Shown in pieces: positions 8,469 through 18,376 of a DNA stretch of 64,000 nucleotides. Position 1 is the stretch's first letter. Each line of letters begins with the position of its first letter. Position numbers and translations under genes: made by a program. A model generated the notes under the pieces. The model had not been told where the DNA came from, made no database searches, and saw nothing but the letters and a program-made list of their open reading frames with translations. The stretch is from a bacterium (GTDB lineage: Bacteria > RBG-13-61-14 > DATKZS01): assembly GCA_963674965.2 (NCBI GenBank), contig CAXXFL010000005.1:765150-829149 (forward strand), in the 5' to 3' direction.

Positions 8469-9899
8469 CTATTCGTCGCCGTCCGTTTTCGCCCGTTGTT
8501 TCCCCGCTTTGACATGATCCGCCCTTTCCCTGTAGGTTTCGGCCATGGTCTTGGGAGGGGAGGACATGAACTCCTCGGACCGCGCCCGCCAGGCGGCGAG
8601 CCTTGACTTGATTTTTTTTTCCTCGCCAATATCGGTGGGACTATAAAGGACCTCGTTTTTTATCTCGTCGGGCAGATATTGTTCTTTTACGTAATGCCCG
8701 GAAAAATCGTGGGGGTATTTATATTCCTTGCCGTAGTCGAGGTTTTTCATGAGTGAAGTGGGCGCGTTGCGAAGGTGAAGGGGAACGGCCAGGGCCCCCG
8801 TTTTTTTCACCAGCTCCGTCGCTTTGCCAAGGGCCAGATAGGACGCGTTGGACTTGGGCGCTCCGGCGAGATAGGTGACGGCCTGGGCCATGGGAATTTT
8901 TCCCTCTGGCAGGCCCACGAAGGAAAAGGCGTTAAAGGCCGAGGTGGCCACGGTCAAGGCGTTGGGATCGGCGTTTCCCACGTCCTCCGCCGCGAACACG
9001 ATCATCCGGCGGAGGATGAAAAGCGGGTCCTCCCCTCCCTCGAGCATCCTTACCATCCAATAGACGGCCGCGTCAGGGTCGGAACCACGCATGCTTTTAA
9101 TGAAGGCGGATACCTGGTTGTAGTGTTCCTCGCCGCTCCGGTCGTAGCTGAGGCCGGCGCCGGTCACGGCCTCGCGGGCCAGATCGAGGGTAATGTCCCC
9201 GGCGTCCTTGGACAGGGCCACCGCAAGGCTCAATTCAAGTCCGTTAAGAGCTCGCCGGGCGTCCCCGTCGGCCACCCGAGCGATATACTGAACGGCCTCC
9301 TCCGAGATTTCAAGTTCCTTGCCCTTGGAGAACAGGCCGCGCTCGCGGTCGTCGATCGCTTTTTTTAATATGGTCTCGATATCCTTTTCCGAAAGAGAGT
9401 TAAGCACGACTACCCGGCAACGGGAAAGAAGAGGACTTATGACCTCGAAGCTGGGGTTCTGGGTGGTCGCGCCGATCAGGATGATCCGGCCCGACTCGAC
9501 GTGGGGAAGGAAAGCGTCCTGCTGGGCCTTGTTCCAGCGATGAATCTCATCCACGAAGAGGACCGTTCTGTGTCCCTCGTATTTAAGGCGCTCGTCCGCT
9601 CGGGCGATGGCTTCTCTTAAATCCTTGACGCCCGAGAGCACGGCCGAGAAGGACTCGAGGACATGGTCCGCGTTTTGAGCGGCCATTCTTGCCAGAGTGG
9701 TCTTGCCCGATCCCGGAGGTCCCCACAATATGAAGCTCATTATCCGGCCGCTCTCGAACAGCCGGCGAAGGAAACCGTCCTTACCTATGACGTGGTCCTG
9801 CCCCACGTACTCGTCGAGACCGCGAGGTCTCACGCGCTCGGCCAGGGGGGCCTCCGAGCGCGAAAGCCGTTGGGCGGCGTGATCGAAAAGGTCGGGCAT
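8469..9899 (-). CDS. rarA: Replication-associated recombination protein A (AAA+ ATPase, MgsA/RarA)
   Basis: [18 protein letters not shown], Walker A 'GPPGSGKTT', '[15 protein letters not shown]', '[10 protein letters not shown]', MgsA C-terminal region. Confidence 0.9.
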   Translation of the reverse strand: MPDLFDHAAQRLSRSEAPLAERVRPRGLDEYVGQDHVIGKDGFLRRLFESGRIMSFILWGPPGSGKTTLARMAAQNADHVLESFSAVLSGVKDLREAIARADERLKYEGHRTVLFVDEIHRWNKAQQDAFLPHVESGRIILIGATTQNPSFEVISPLLSRCRVVVLNSLSEKDIETILKKAIDDRERGLFSKGKELEISEEAVQYIARVADGDARRALNGLELSLAVALSKDAGDITLDLAREAVTGAGLSYDRSGEEHYNQVSAFIKSMRGSDPDAAVYWMVRMLEGGEDPLFILRRMIVFAAEDVGNADPNALTVATSAFNAFSFVGLPEGKIPMAQAVTYLAGAPKSNASYLALGKATELVKKTGALAVPLHLRNAPTSLMKNLDYGKEYKYPHDFSGHYVKEQYLPDEIKNEVLYSPTDIGEEKKIKSRLAAWRARSEEFMSSPPKTMAETYRERADHVKAGKQRAKTDGDE

Positions 9900-9991
9900 A
9901 GTAAAAAGGTATCATGGCGGCGGAGGCCTTTCAATCGAGCCCCGGCTTATAAAAAGGATGGATATTATCGATCGGATCAAATAATCCAATG

Positions 9992-11599
9992 CTATTTTTC
10001 TCCGCCATGGTCCTCGATCAGCTTTGCGGCCCGCTCATGTCCTTTTTTCTCGGCCAGCTTGAGAGGGGTTTTCCTGTCGCTGTTACGGATGTTTACTTCG
10101 CAGCCTCGGTCGAGCAGAAGCGCGACGATTTCCGTATGGCCCATATTTGCCGCCCAGTGCAAGGGGGTATTGTCGTGAGCCGTGCGGGCGTTAATGTCCG
10201 CTCCATTGTCCAGAAGCAGGGCCGCAATGTCTTTATACCCTCTGCGCGCCGCCCAGTGAAGAGGCGTGTATTTGCCGTCGTTCGAGGCGTTTACGTCGGC
10301 GCCCTTTTCGATCAGCATCTTTGCGATCCGGTAGCTTCCGCCTATGGCGGCCATGTGAAGGGGAGTGGTCCCCGTGTCGTTTTTAGACTCGATATCGGCT
10401 CCCTGCCCTATAAGGAATTGGGCGACTTCAACCTTGTCATGAATGGCGGCCAGGTGAAGGGGCGTATAGTTCGGCGCCACCACGATCTTGCTGTCCTCGT
10501 TGGGGAGGTCGGGAATGTGTTCCAGCTTGAATTTAACGTTGGTCAACCCCACGTAGCCGGACGTCAATTCCTTTACGGCCCGGATGTTTCCAGCCAGGAC
10601 CTCATTATAGAAAAGCTCGATTTCCCTTTCGCCGGCGGGCGAGCGTCCCATGCCCGCTGGAGGAAGTCCGGAATTGGCCGCCGAAGCCAAGGGAATTTCC
10701 GCGGGCTTCCCGGTCGGCTCGGTAAAAAAGACAAACTCTCCGTCGCCGGCGATATTGAACAGCTTGGGGGTCTGCCGGCCTCCCGAGTCGCGAGTGATCC
10801 TGGGCGCCATGTAAGAGTAAAGCTCGGAAGCGGGTATAATGCCGTCTCCATTCAGGTCGGCGTTTCCTCTTTTAAGTCCACTTAAAAGGGTATAGGTAAA
10901 CATGGAATGGCCGCCTCCAAACTGGGGTCCCTCGATGACCGTTTCATTGGCCTGGCCGGCGGTTATTATCTGCACGGCGCGCTGAGTTGTCAGCTTGGTA
11001 AGGTACAAAGTGGGGTCGGCGTAAGGGACCGCTCTTGTTTCCACCCCCGCGATCCCCGAGTAACAGGCGTCGACTATATAAAAGATGTGCTTCGATTTCA
11101 TCATCTTAGCCGTCTCCTGAATGGTGGACATGGAAAGACAGGTGCCGTAAAGATTGTCCGCCTTTCCTTCCACTGGTATGAGATAGCCCATTTTTTCTCC
11201 GCTGGGAAGAGGCATATCCTGACCATGTCCGGCAAAGAAAATAAGCACCCTGTCGTTGGGACCTACCTTTTGAGGCAAAGTATTTCCCAAAGCCGTCTTG
11301 ATATTAGCCATAGTCGCCTTCTCGTCGTATAGAGTCTCGATGTTTTCAGCGGGAAATCCGCCATCGGCCGCAAGGTACTGCTTCATGGCCTTGGCGTCGG
11401 CCACGGCGTATTTTAACTCGGGAACGTTTTCATACTTGTCGATCGCGATCAGCAGGGCCCATGACTGGGCATAGACGGACTTGGGCGGCGCGCCCGGCCC
11501 ATCTTTGGGGCCATCTAATATATCGCGTTCCTTTGATACCGAGATCGCGGCAAGGAAAGATAATAATAATATCGCCGGGACTATTCTTTTCATGATCAT
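9992..11599 (-). CDS. Exported caspase-family (peptidase C14) protein fused to about 5 C-terminal ankyrin repeats
   Basis: Signal peptide MIMKRIVPAILLLSFLAAISV. Caspase His/Cys dyad contexts 'IFFAGHGQD' and 'YIVDACYSG'. Repeated 'TPLH.AA..G....LL..GADxN' units. Confidence 0.85.
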   Translation of the reverse strand: MIMKRIVPAILLLSFLAAISVSKERDILDGPKDGPGAPPKSVYAQSWALLIAIDKYENVPELKYAVADAKAMKQYLAADGGFPAENIETLYDEKATMANIKTALGNTLPQKVGPNDRVLIFFAGHGQDMPLPSGEKMGYLIPVEGKADNLYGTCLSMSTIQETAKMMKSKHIFYIVDACYSGIAGVETRAVPYADPTLYLTKLTTQRAVQIITAGQANETVIEGPQFGGGHSMFTYTLLSGLKRGNADLNGDGIIPASELYSYMAPRITRDSGGRQTPKLFNIAGDGEFVFFTEPTGKPAEIPLASAANSGLPPAGMGRSPAGEREIELFYNEVLAGNIRAVKELTSGYVGLTNVKFKLEHIPDLPNEDSKIVVAPNYTPLHLAAIHDKVEVAQFLIGQGADIESKNDTGTTPLHMAAIGGSYRIAKMLIEKGADVNASNDGKYTPLHWAARRGYKDIAALLLDNGADINARTAHDNTPLHWAANMGHTEIVALLLDRGCEVNIRNSDRKTPLKLAEKKGHERAAKLIEDHGGEK

Positions 11600-11642
11600 A
11601 CCCCCGTTTGCGTTCGCCAGAAAAAAGTTATCATAAAAACCA

Positions 11643-13616
11643 TTAATCGCATTTAATTTCGAAAACCTCGACTGGGTCCTGAAATCCTTTCAACTCCTTA
11701 AAACCCGCGGCCTCGCACTCGATTAAGTCCCTGATCATGGCCCAGGTCCGCTTGGAGATCATCACGTTGCCGGGCGTACAATTGGACTCCAGGCGCTGGG
11801 CCATGTTGACGCTCGAGCCCAGGGCCGTGTACTCGCGGTGTAAATTGGACCCGAAAAAGCCCACCCCGGCAAAGCCGGTTTTGATTCCTATGCGGATGAC
11901 TATTTCCGGCCATCCCGACTCTATCCATTTCCTCGAGAGTTCCTTGGTCACCCGCTGCATCTCGATAGCGGCTTTTGCCGCCTCAAGGGCATGGTCGTCA
12001 GATGGGACGGGCGCTCCCCAAAAGGCCATGATGCCGTCGCCGATAAACTTGTCTAAAGTACCGCTATATTTAAATATTATTTCAGTCATGGCCTCGAAAT
12101 ACTCGGATAATAGCGCGTTGATTACCTCCGGGTCCTCCCGGTCCGAGATGGCAGTAAAGCCCCGGATGTCGGAAAATAATACGGATATCTCGCGCCTTTC
12201 GCCTTTAACCTGGAGGCTTTTCGGATCAGCAAGAAGCCGCTCGAGCACGGAAGGCGATATAACGTTTCTAAAATGCTCCTTTAAAAATTTCGCCTCCCTG
12301 TCAATCCTGGATGAATTGTAAGTAATCATCGCCCCAAGACCGATAATGAAAGATACCAGGGGAAGAGTGACGGGGATGAAAGAACCGATCCAAGCTGGAG
12401 CCGCTATTGAAAAGCCAAGATACAAAGCAACCACGAACGCGCCCGCCGGCGCGGAGAGCCAAGGGCTTTTACCAAGTCCGATAACGATGGATAAAGCGGT
12501 CAAGCCTGCCAGGCAGAAAATGAATCCCATCACCCCGGCGTCGGATTTCATTTTCCGTCCCATGATCGTATTAGCCAAATTGGCGTGTATCCCGACGCCG
12601 GGAAAAGCCGCCTGGAATGGCTGGCTCCTCATGTCGGTTCCGCCCGTATAGGCCGCCCCCACAAAGCACAGGGAGCCTTTTATACGCCGGGCCAACTCGG
12701 CGGCCACGTCATCCGGCGGGTCGGGATCGATCAGCCATTGGGCGGAGAAGAGCCCCGTGCGCTCCTCAGTATTCCAGGCGTCCCAAGGTCCGGTCCAGTT
12801 TATTATCGACCGCCCTTGCCCGTCCACGGGTATTATCAGATCATCGGCCGGGCCATTCTTTTTGGCTGGAATAATCAGGTCTGATCCCCGCATCACCATC
12901 CCGTCAAAGTCCCACTCGCCCAGTCGCTCGACGGCGGCAAGCCCTAATACTGGAAGCAGCCCGTCCCGCGTCGAAACAAAAAGAGGAACGCGGCGCAGTA
13001 CTCCGTCCGAGTCGGGCGACGCGGGGTTCGTGGCCATGGCCGCGGCGGACTTTAAGTACCACTCAGGCGGGAAAAGCGCTCTGGAAAAGTCTGGAAAATC
13101 GGGCGTTTCCTTGTCGTGACCGACCCGATAGAGGGAAGGCATTAGCAGTTCCCGCTCCTCAGGAGAAATTTCCGGCTCGGCTCCGGCCCCTGAATAAGAA
13201 AGCTCGAGGGGGATAGTCCCGATCACCTTGTCGGCGGCCAACATGGCGGACGCGAGGTTCTCGTCGTTCACCGGGTCTTTACTGGGCGAAGCGATGATAA
13301 AGTCGTAGATTATTGCTTTAGCGCCGTAAGCGTCAATGCGCTCGATTATGGCGGCCTGCCTGGACCGGGACCAGGGCCACGGGCCAAAGCGCTCGAGGCT
13401 GGGGTCGTCAACCGCGACGATGACTATCCTCGGGTCGGTTTTGACCGGTCCAAGCAACCTCGTTCGGAGGTCGGCGGTTTTGAGTTCGATCTCGCCGATG
13501 GTCCTTCCCAAAACCAGGTATAAGGCGAGCATGATAACCGGACCGGCCAACCCCCAGAGGGCGGTCCGGATATTCCGGGCGCTCGAGGATGAAAATCTCT
13601 TTTTACCTGTGCTCAA
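11643..13616 (-). CDS. CHASE2 sensor-domain adenylate/guanylate cyclase (class III)
   Basis: N-terminal TM, then 'IVIVAVDDPSLERFGPWPWSRS' (CHASE2), a cluster of TM helices, and a cyclase core 'ISVLFSDIRGFTAIS ... KFIGDGIMAFWGAP'. Confidence 0.9.
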   Translation of the reverse strand: MSTGKKRFSSSSARNIRTALWGLAGPVIMLALYLVLGRTIGEIELKTADLRTRLLGPVKTDPRIVIVAVDDPSLERFGPWPWSRSRQAAIIERIDAYGAKAIIYDFIIASPSKDPVNDENLASAMLAADKVIGTIPLELSYSGAGAEPEISPEERELLMPSLYRVGHDKETPDFPDFSRALFPPEWYLKSAAAMATNPASPDSDGVLRRVPLFVSTRDGLLPVLGLAAVERLGEWDFDGMVMRGSDLIIPAKKNGPADDLIIPVDGQGRSIINWTGPWDAWNTEERTGLFSAQWLIDPDPPDDVAAELARRIKGSLCFVGAAYTGGTDMRSQPFQAAFPGVGIHANLANTIMGRKMKSDAGVMGFIFCLAGLTALSIVIGLGKSPWLSAPAGAFVVALYLGFSIAAPAWIGSFIPVTLPLVSFIIGLGAMITYNSSRIDREAKFLKEHFRNVISPSVLERLLADPKSLQVKGERREISVLFSDIRGFTAISDREDPEVINALLSEYFEAMTEIIFKYSGTLDKFIGDGIMAFWGAPVPSDDHALEAAKAAIEMQRVTKELSRKWIESGWPEIVIRIGIKTGFAGVGFFGSNLHREYTALGSSVNMAQRLESNCTPGNVMISKRTWAMIRDLIECEAAGFKELKGFQDPVEVFEIKCD

Positions 13617-14805
13617 ACTCGACGTGCCTCGCGACGATGTTGTCCCCTTTGATGATAGTCGGATTGATCCGCCCCTTTCCAGATGAACCGGAGAGGGAAA
13701 GGGGCGGTCCCTGGCTTATCCCCCCAATGCTCCTTTCCGTGTAGCCCGCCGTGCCCGTGACGTCAATAGGAGGCTTGGCCCGGCCGGGAGCGCGGGTATC
13801 GAATATCTTGTTCAGTTCGGTCGAAATGGAATTCGACAGCGCGGATTTGTCGGCGTCCTCTTTGGCCAGGCCGCCGATCAAGCGGGAAAGGTCTTTGATC
13901 GGCTCCTTTGCGGCCAGGAAATAAAGGGATTCCCTGCCAAGGTGGTCGTCGAGAGTATACCATCCCGTTCCGGGCGGTAAGGCGTATTCCATGCCCGCCT
14001 GGATATAGTTGGAAGCCGCCTCTCCCTGGCCGGGGAAAAGGACCCCGGCCGAACCGGTCGAGCCGATCTGGATGACGTAGACGTAGCAGGGGCGGTTGGC
14101 TGAGAACCGGATTTTCATGCGGTCGCCCGAGTGGAGGACCGCCCCCGGCGTGAGCTCGATTATGCGGGAGATATTTCCATCGGCGGCGTCGGTTACTTCC
14201 GCGGCGAAGCTGACTCTTATGACGAGCTCGCCGCCGCCCGGGATTGGCAAGGACGCCTCGTTAACCGGCTCGGGCCGGGGAGAAGAGACCATCAGGCTCT
14301 GCACTTCGGATTTGTACACGAGCGCCGAGGATTGTCCGGCTTTTTGGCCGCTTGATACGTCCATGATCGACGCCTCGATCCTTACCGACTCGCCCGCCTC
14401 GCGGATCGTTCCCGTTACGATCCAGTCGGCGCCCAGGGCTTGCCCGATCTTTTCTATCGCGTCCGGTTCCGATATCTCGCCGGAAATAAGATTTTTTTCG
14501 ATGATGACTTGGTTGATCTTCCGCCTCTCGATCATGCGCCGTCCGCCTTCTCGAGTAAGCCCGACTGACAGTGACTCGGCCAGATAATAGCAAAGAGGCA
14601 TGGTCCGGCCATCAGGACCGATAAAGTCCAGCACCGCCACCAGGTCGCCTTTCTTTATCGCTTTGCCAAGGTCCCTCTCCAATACGGATAGCGCCGGACT
14701 AAGCCCCATGGCCGCCTCTCGCCCATTCTTTTCAGAGCGCGCCGAAAGGCAAATCATGCCGATAAAGACGGCCGCTAAAAGAGCTATGTTAATGGAATGC
14801 TTCAT
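13603..14805 (-). CDS. Exported protein with an N-terminal FlgO/CsgG-like domain and a DUF4384-like domain
   Basis: Signal peptide. 'VAVLDFIG...ADWIVTGTI' N-domain. Central 'GDRMKIRFSANRPCYVYVIQIGSTGSAGVLFP' resembles DUF4384. Its stop overlaps the cyclase start by 14 bp. Confidence 0.65.
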   Translation of the reverse strand: MKHSINIALLAAVFIGMICLSARSEKNGREAAMGLSPALSVLERDLGKAIKKGDLVAVLDFIGPDGRTMPLCYYLAESLSVGLTREGGRRMIERRKINQVIIEKNLISGEISEPDAIEKIGQALGADWIVTGTIREAGESVRIEASIMDVSSGQKAGQSSALVYKSEVQSLMVSSPRPEPVNEASLPIPGGGELVIRVSFAAEVTDAADGNISRIIELTPGAVLHSGDRMKIRFSANRPCYVYVIQIGSTGSAGVLFPGQGEAASNYIQAGMEYALPPGTGWYTLDDHLGRESLYFLAAKEPIKDLSRLIGGLAKEDADKSALSNSISTELNKIFDTRAPGRAKPPIDVTGTAGYTERSIGGISQGPPLSLSGSSGKGRINPTIIKGDNIVARHVEFEHR

Positions 14806-15088
14806 TATTTATATATAAATAGCTCCTTGTCCTTCGCGGGACAATTATGTCCCTGCAAAAGTAAACCGTTAAGGCTGGACGCCTTCAAGACAAGTCAATG
14901 TGCCTTCCCGAACCTGGAGAAAAATTACAACATATTGAATGATAAATCAATGGAATGGAAAAGAGATGAATAAAGTCATGAAATAGAAGGGTGGAATCTT
15001 CAGCGGATTTTTTTTTAATCTTAATCCGGCAAAGTTATCGTGATTTCCCCATGGAAAACCGGGCCCATTAGTACATTTCCCTGGCAGG

Positions 15089-16411
15089 TCACTCCATGTC
15101 CGGCTTATTATCGAGAAGATCGAAGAAATTATATTGGTGGTACTCCTGGTTAAAAGCGCCGGCCTTTGGCCTTCCAAGCTTCATGGGATTGCCCTTTGAA
15201 AAGGACACCAGGAAATCTCCCGACTTGGGCGCCATGCAGAACTGGTGGGACGTCACGCCCAGGGTCGGCCCTTTTTCCCAATTGATGGAGTTGTAATGCT
15301 CGCGAAGGATATCCAGCATCGAGACCATGTTCAGGTCGCCCAACTCTCCGACCAGCCTGGCGCGAAGGTCCATGTAGCGCTGGGCTGTCCTTTTACTATG
15401 GGGCTTGCCGTCGTCGATTTTCATTTTCCGATGGGCTATAAGCTCCGAGCTGAGCGGGTGGTTGGTCCTGGTGATAAGGTCTTCCGCGGGAGTATACTCG
15501 TAATGACGTCCCTTGAAATCGTAAGAGTTGGACTCGGCGGGTCCGTCCCATCCGCCCACGTAGAAGGTCCGGGCGTCCATCTCGATGGCCACCGCGTCGG
15601 GAATCCCGGCGTCGGCCACCAGGAAGTTATAGCCGCCGGCCAGCGGCTTTCTCGTCATCCAGTCGATGGCCTCCTCGAGGGTCCGGGCCTTGGCCAGGGT
15701 CTGCTTCATGCGGAAGGGCATGGGAAGGCCCGAGGGCGTCTCGTATTTCGAGGGAAGCGACATGTTGCCCACCGCGACGCCCTCGGCGTTCATGCCGTCC
15801 GACGCCCCGATGTAGCCGGGCCATGAGATCATCATATAGGGGATTTCACCCTTCGGCTTATATATGACGATCATGCCCTTGTCCTGGATGGCGGTCTTCG
15901 TCTTCGGGTCAATGGTGGCCGCCACGTCATTGCTTCGCATGAAGTAAAGCTCGCCGTCTTTCGTGGCCGTCCCCCAGGCGGCGGAGCCCGAGCAGCTTGT
16001 AAGGAAAGTGGCCGAGTGCAGGGCCTCGACGTACTTGAGAGATATGCCGCTCTCGTCGGCAAGGCCTCTCATCTCGTCCTTGAAGCCCGCGGGAATGTAG
16101 GGGTCCTGCTTTTGGGAGACGTACCTGTGGATGGCCGAAATGGCCAGCTTGGGTGGAATAAGCGGGTATTGAATCCGGATCGAGTGGATCGCGGCGCGAA
16201 CGGTTATTGCCGCGTCGTCCTTCAGCAGGGCCGCGTGCTGCCGGCCCATGTCGTAGTAGGACCCCTCGAGATGGAGGATAATATCGCCTTGCTCGGTCTT
16301 CTCCACCCACCCCACGCCGGTCTCGGTTTTATAAACCCCAAGCGTCTTAGCGTGGGAGGTCAAAGAGGCAAAGAAGTAAAGAAACAGGACAATGACAATT
16401 GATTTCTTCAT
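15089..16411 (-). CDS. Exported peptidase C45 / acyl-CoA:6-APA acyltransferase-like Ntn hydrolase
   Basis: Signal peptide MKKSIVIVLFLYFFASLTSHA. 'GSYYDMGRQHAALL' and a putative nucleophile context 'FLTSCSGSAAWG'. Confidence 0.65.
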   Translation of the reverse strand: MKKSIVIVLFLYFFASLTSHAKTLGVYKTETGVGWVEKTEQGDIILHLEGSYYDMGRQHAALLKDDAAITVRAAIHSIRIQYPLIPPKLAISAIHRYVSQKQDPYIPAGFKDEMRGLADESGISLKYVEALHSATFLTSCSGSAAWGTATKDGELYFMRSNDVAATIDPKTKTAIQDKGMIVIYKPKGEIPYMMISWPGYIGASDGMNAEGVAVGNMSLPSKYETPSGLPMPFRMKQTLAKARTLEEAIDWMTRKPLAGGYNFLVADAGIPDAVAIEMDARTFYVGGWDGPAESNSYDFKGRHYEYTPAEDLITRTNHPLSSELIAHRKMKIDDGKPHSKRTAQRYMDLRARLVGELGDLNMVSMLDILREHYNSINWEKGPTLGVTSHQFCMAPKSGDFLVSFSKGNPMKLGRPKAGAFNQEYHQYNFFDLLDNKPDME

Positions 16412-16664
16412 AATATGGCCTTTCAAGGTTCAGCCCGGTTCGGCATCCACGTTTTTCGTGCCCATACGAGCGTGTAAAAAATATTCCCAGCACAATATTA
16501 GCCCTAAAAATCACGGATAGCCAGAAGGAAATCCGCGTGATCAATCAAATTATTTATTTACGACTCATAAAAGAAATTGTAACGACATGCTCCCAAACTC
16601 ATCTTTAAGTGAGATGAGTTTATCAGTTTATTGGTTCGCCTCGAGATCGAAAAGGAGCATTCCC

Positions 16665-16886
16665 ATGAAATGTCCCCGTTGCGGGTGCGAGAGATTCTAT
16701 ATCAAGGACCCATATGACGAGTACGAGATTTTCGAGTTCGACGCGGGGGAAGACAAGGTCGTATTTGACCGGGATTATAACGAGTCCGACCCTCCCGAGT
16801 TGGAGGCGGGCACCCAGACCTTCTGCGCCATGTGCTCATGGCATGATAAGTTCGGCGTACTTTTAAAAACGGCATGTAATAATTGA
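16665..16886 (+). CDS. Small zinc-ribbon protein (73 aa)
   Basis: AAGGAG RBS before the ATG at 16665. 'CPRCGC' ... 'CAMCSW' paired CxxC motifs. Confidence 0.45.
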   Translation: MKCPRCGCERFYIKDPYDEYEIFEFDAGEDKVVFDRDYNESDPPELEAGTQTFCAMCSWHDKFGVLLKTACNN

Positions 16887-16912
16887 AGAGGGCGCCGCTC
16901 GCGAATCTCCGG

Positions 16913-18376
16913 CTATTCCTTCCAGAACGACGGTACAAAGAGGACGAGGACGGTAAAAAGCTCGAGTCGTCCCATTACCATGCAAAAGGAAAGAAAAATC
17001 TTGCCGGGGGCCGATATCCAGCCGAAGTTCTCGACCGCCCCCACTTTGGCCAGTCCCGGGCCGATGTTTCCCAGGCAGGCGATGACCGAGGAAGCGGCCG
17101 TCTCCAGGTCCATGCCCAGGACCGCCATAAAGAGGGAGCCGAACGCCCAGACCCCGATGAACAGCGCGGAGAAACCGAGCACGGCTCGCATGGTCGCGTC
17201 GGGCAGGGTCGTTCCTCCGACCTTTACCTGCTTGACCATTTTGGGAAAGAAGAACTTTTCTATCTCGAGGGCCCCCGCCTTGGCGACCACCAGCACGCGG
17301 ATGACCTTCATGGACCCGCCCGTGCTTCCGGCGCATCCTCCCACGAACATGAGGGCCACCAGGGTCATGCGAGCGAAGGGGGTCCACTCATCGAAGTCGG
17401 CCGTGCAGTATCCTGTGGTGGTAACGATGGACACGGCTTGGAAGAGCGAATCTCGAAATGACCTTCCATAGGAGTCGTAAATCCCCCCCACCATCAGGGA
17501 GGCGGTCAAAGCGAGGGTCACGGCGGCGATGATAATCAGGTAGGTCCGAAGTTCCACGTCGCGCAGCATGTCCCTGGCCCTGCCCCTTAAGGCGCCCACA
17601 AAAAGGGAGAAATTCACTCCCACCAGAAGCATGAAGATTATTATAATGATCTCGATGGCCAGGCTGTCGAAGCCGGCGACGGAGGCGTTCCGGGTCGAAA
17701 ACCCGCCAGTAGCCATGGTGGTAAAGGTATGGTTCAGTGCCTCGTACCAGGTCATGCCCGCCAGTTTCAAAAGGACCGCCTCGGCGACGGACAATCCCAG
17801 GTATACCTTCCACAACAGGCCGGCCGCGTCCTTGATGCGGGGCGCGCCGCCTTCCTTCTTGATCCCGGGCACCTCCACCTTATATAGATGCTTGGCCTCG
17901 ATGCCCATGGCCGGAAGCACGGCCACGAAAAGCACCACTATTCCCATGCCCCCCAGCCACTGGGTAAAAGACCGCCAGAAAAGAAGACCTTGGGGCATGC
18001 CCTCGATGTTGGTGATGACCGTCGAGCCCGTGGTGGTGAAGCCGCTCATGGACTCGAAGTAGGCGTCCACGAACCCGCCCGCGTCGGCGGCGAAGGCGGG
18101 GCAGAACCAAAAAGGAAGGGCGCCCACGGCCGCCACCAGTATCCAGCCCAGGCTGACCACGGCCAGTCCCTCGCGCCGGAAGAACTCGTCCGTGATTTTT
18201 CGGCCCCAGGCGAAAAGAGCGCCGCCAACGGCCACGCCGATGACCATGGATTTAACGAAGGCCAGGACCATGCCCGTCTCCCCCGCCAGAAGACTCCAGG
18301 GTATGGAGAATATCATGGTGGCCGACGCGAAGGCGATCAGCATTCCCAGCAGCTTGGAAACGTATCTGAAGTTCAC
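16913..18376 (-). CDS. trkH: TrkH/KtrB-family potassium transporter membrane subunit
   Basis: 487 aa polytopic protein with repeated pore-loop signatures (SGFTTTG, TMATGGFS, IVTTTGY, CAGSTGG). The start overlaps the trkA stop. Confidence 0.9.
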   Translation of the reverse strand: MNFRYVSKLLGMLIAFASATMIFSIPWSLLAGETGMVLAFVKSMVIGVAVGGALFAWGRKITDEFFRREGLAVVSLGWILVAAVGALPFWFCPAFAADAGGFVDAYFESMSGFTTTGSTVITNIEGMPQGLLFWRSFTQWLGGMGIVVLFVAVLPAMGIEAKHLYKVEVPGIKKEGGAPRIKDAAGLLWKVYLGLSVAEAVLLKLAGMTWYEALNHTFTTMATGGFSTRNASVAGFDSLAIEIIIIIFMLLVGVNFSLFVGALRGRARDMLRDVELRTYLIIIAAVTLALTASLMVGGIYDSYGRSFRDSLFQAVSIVTTTGYCTADFDEWTPFARMTLVALMFVGGCAGSTGGSMKVIRVLVVAKAGALEIEKFFFPKMVKQVKVGGTTLPDATMRAVLGFSALFIGVWAFGSLFMAVLGMDLETAASSVIACLGNIGPGLAKVGAVENFGWISAPGKIFLSFCMVMGRLELFTVLVLFVPSFWKE

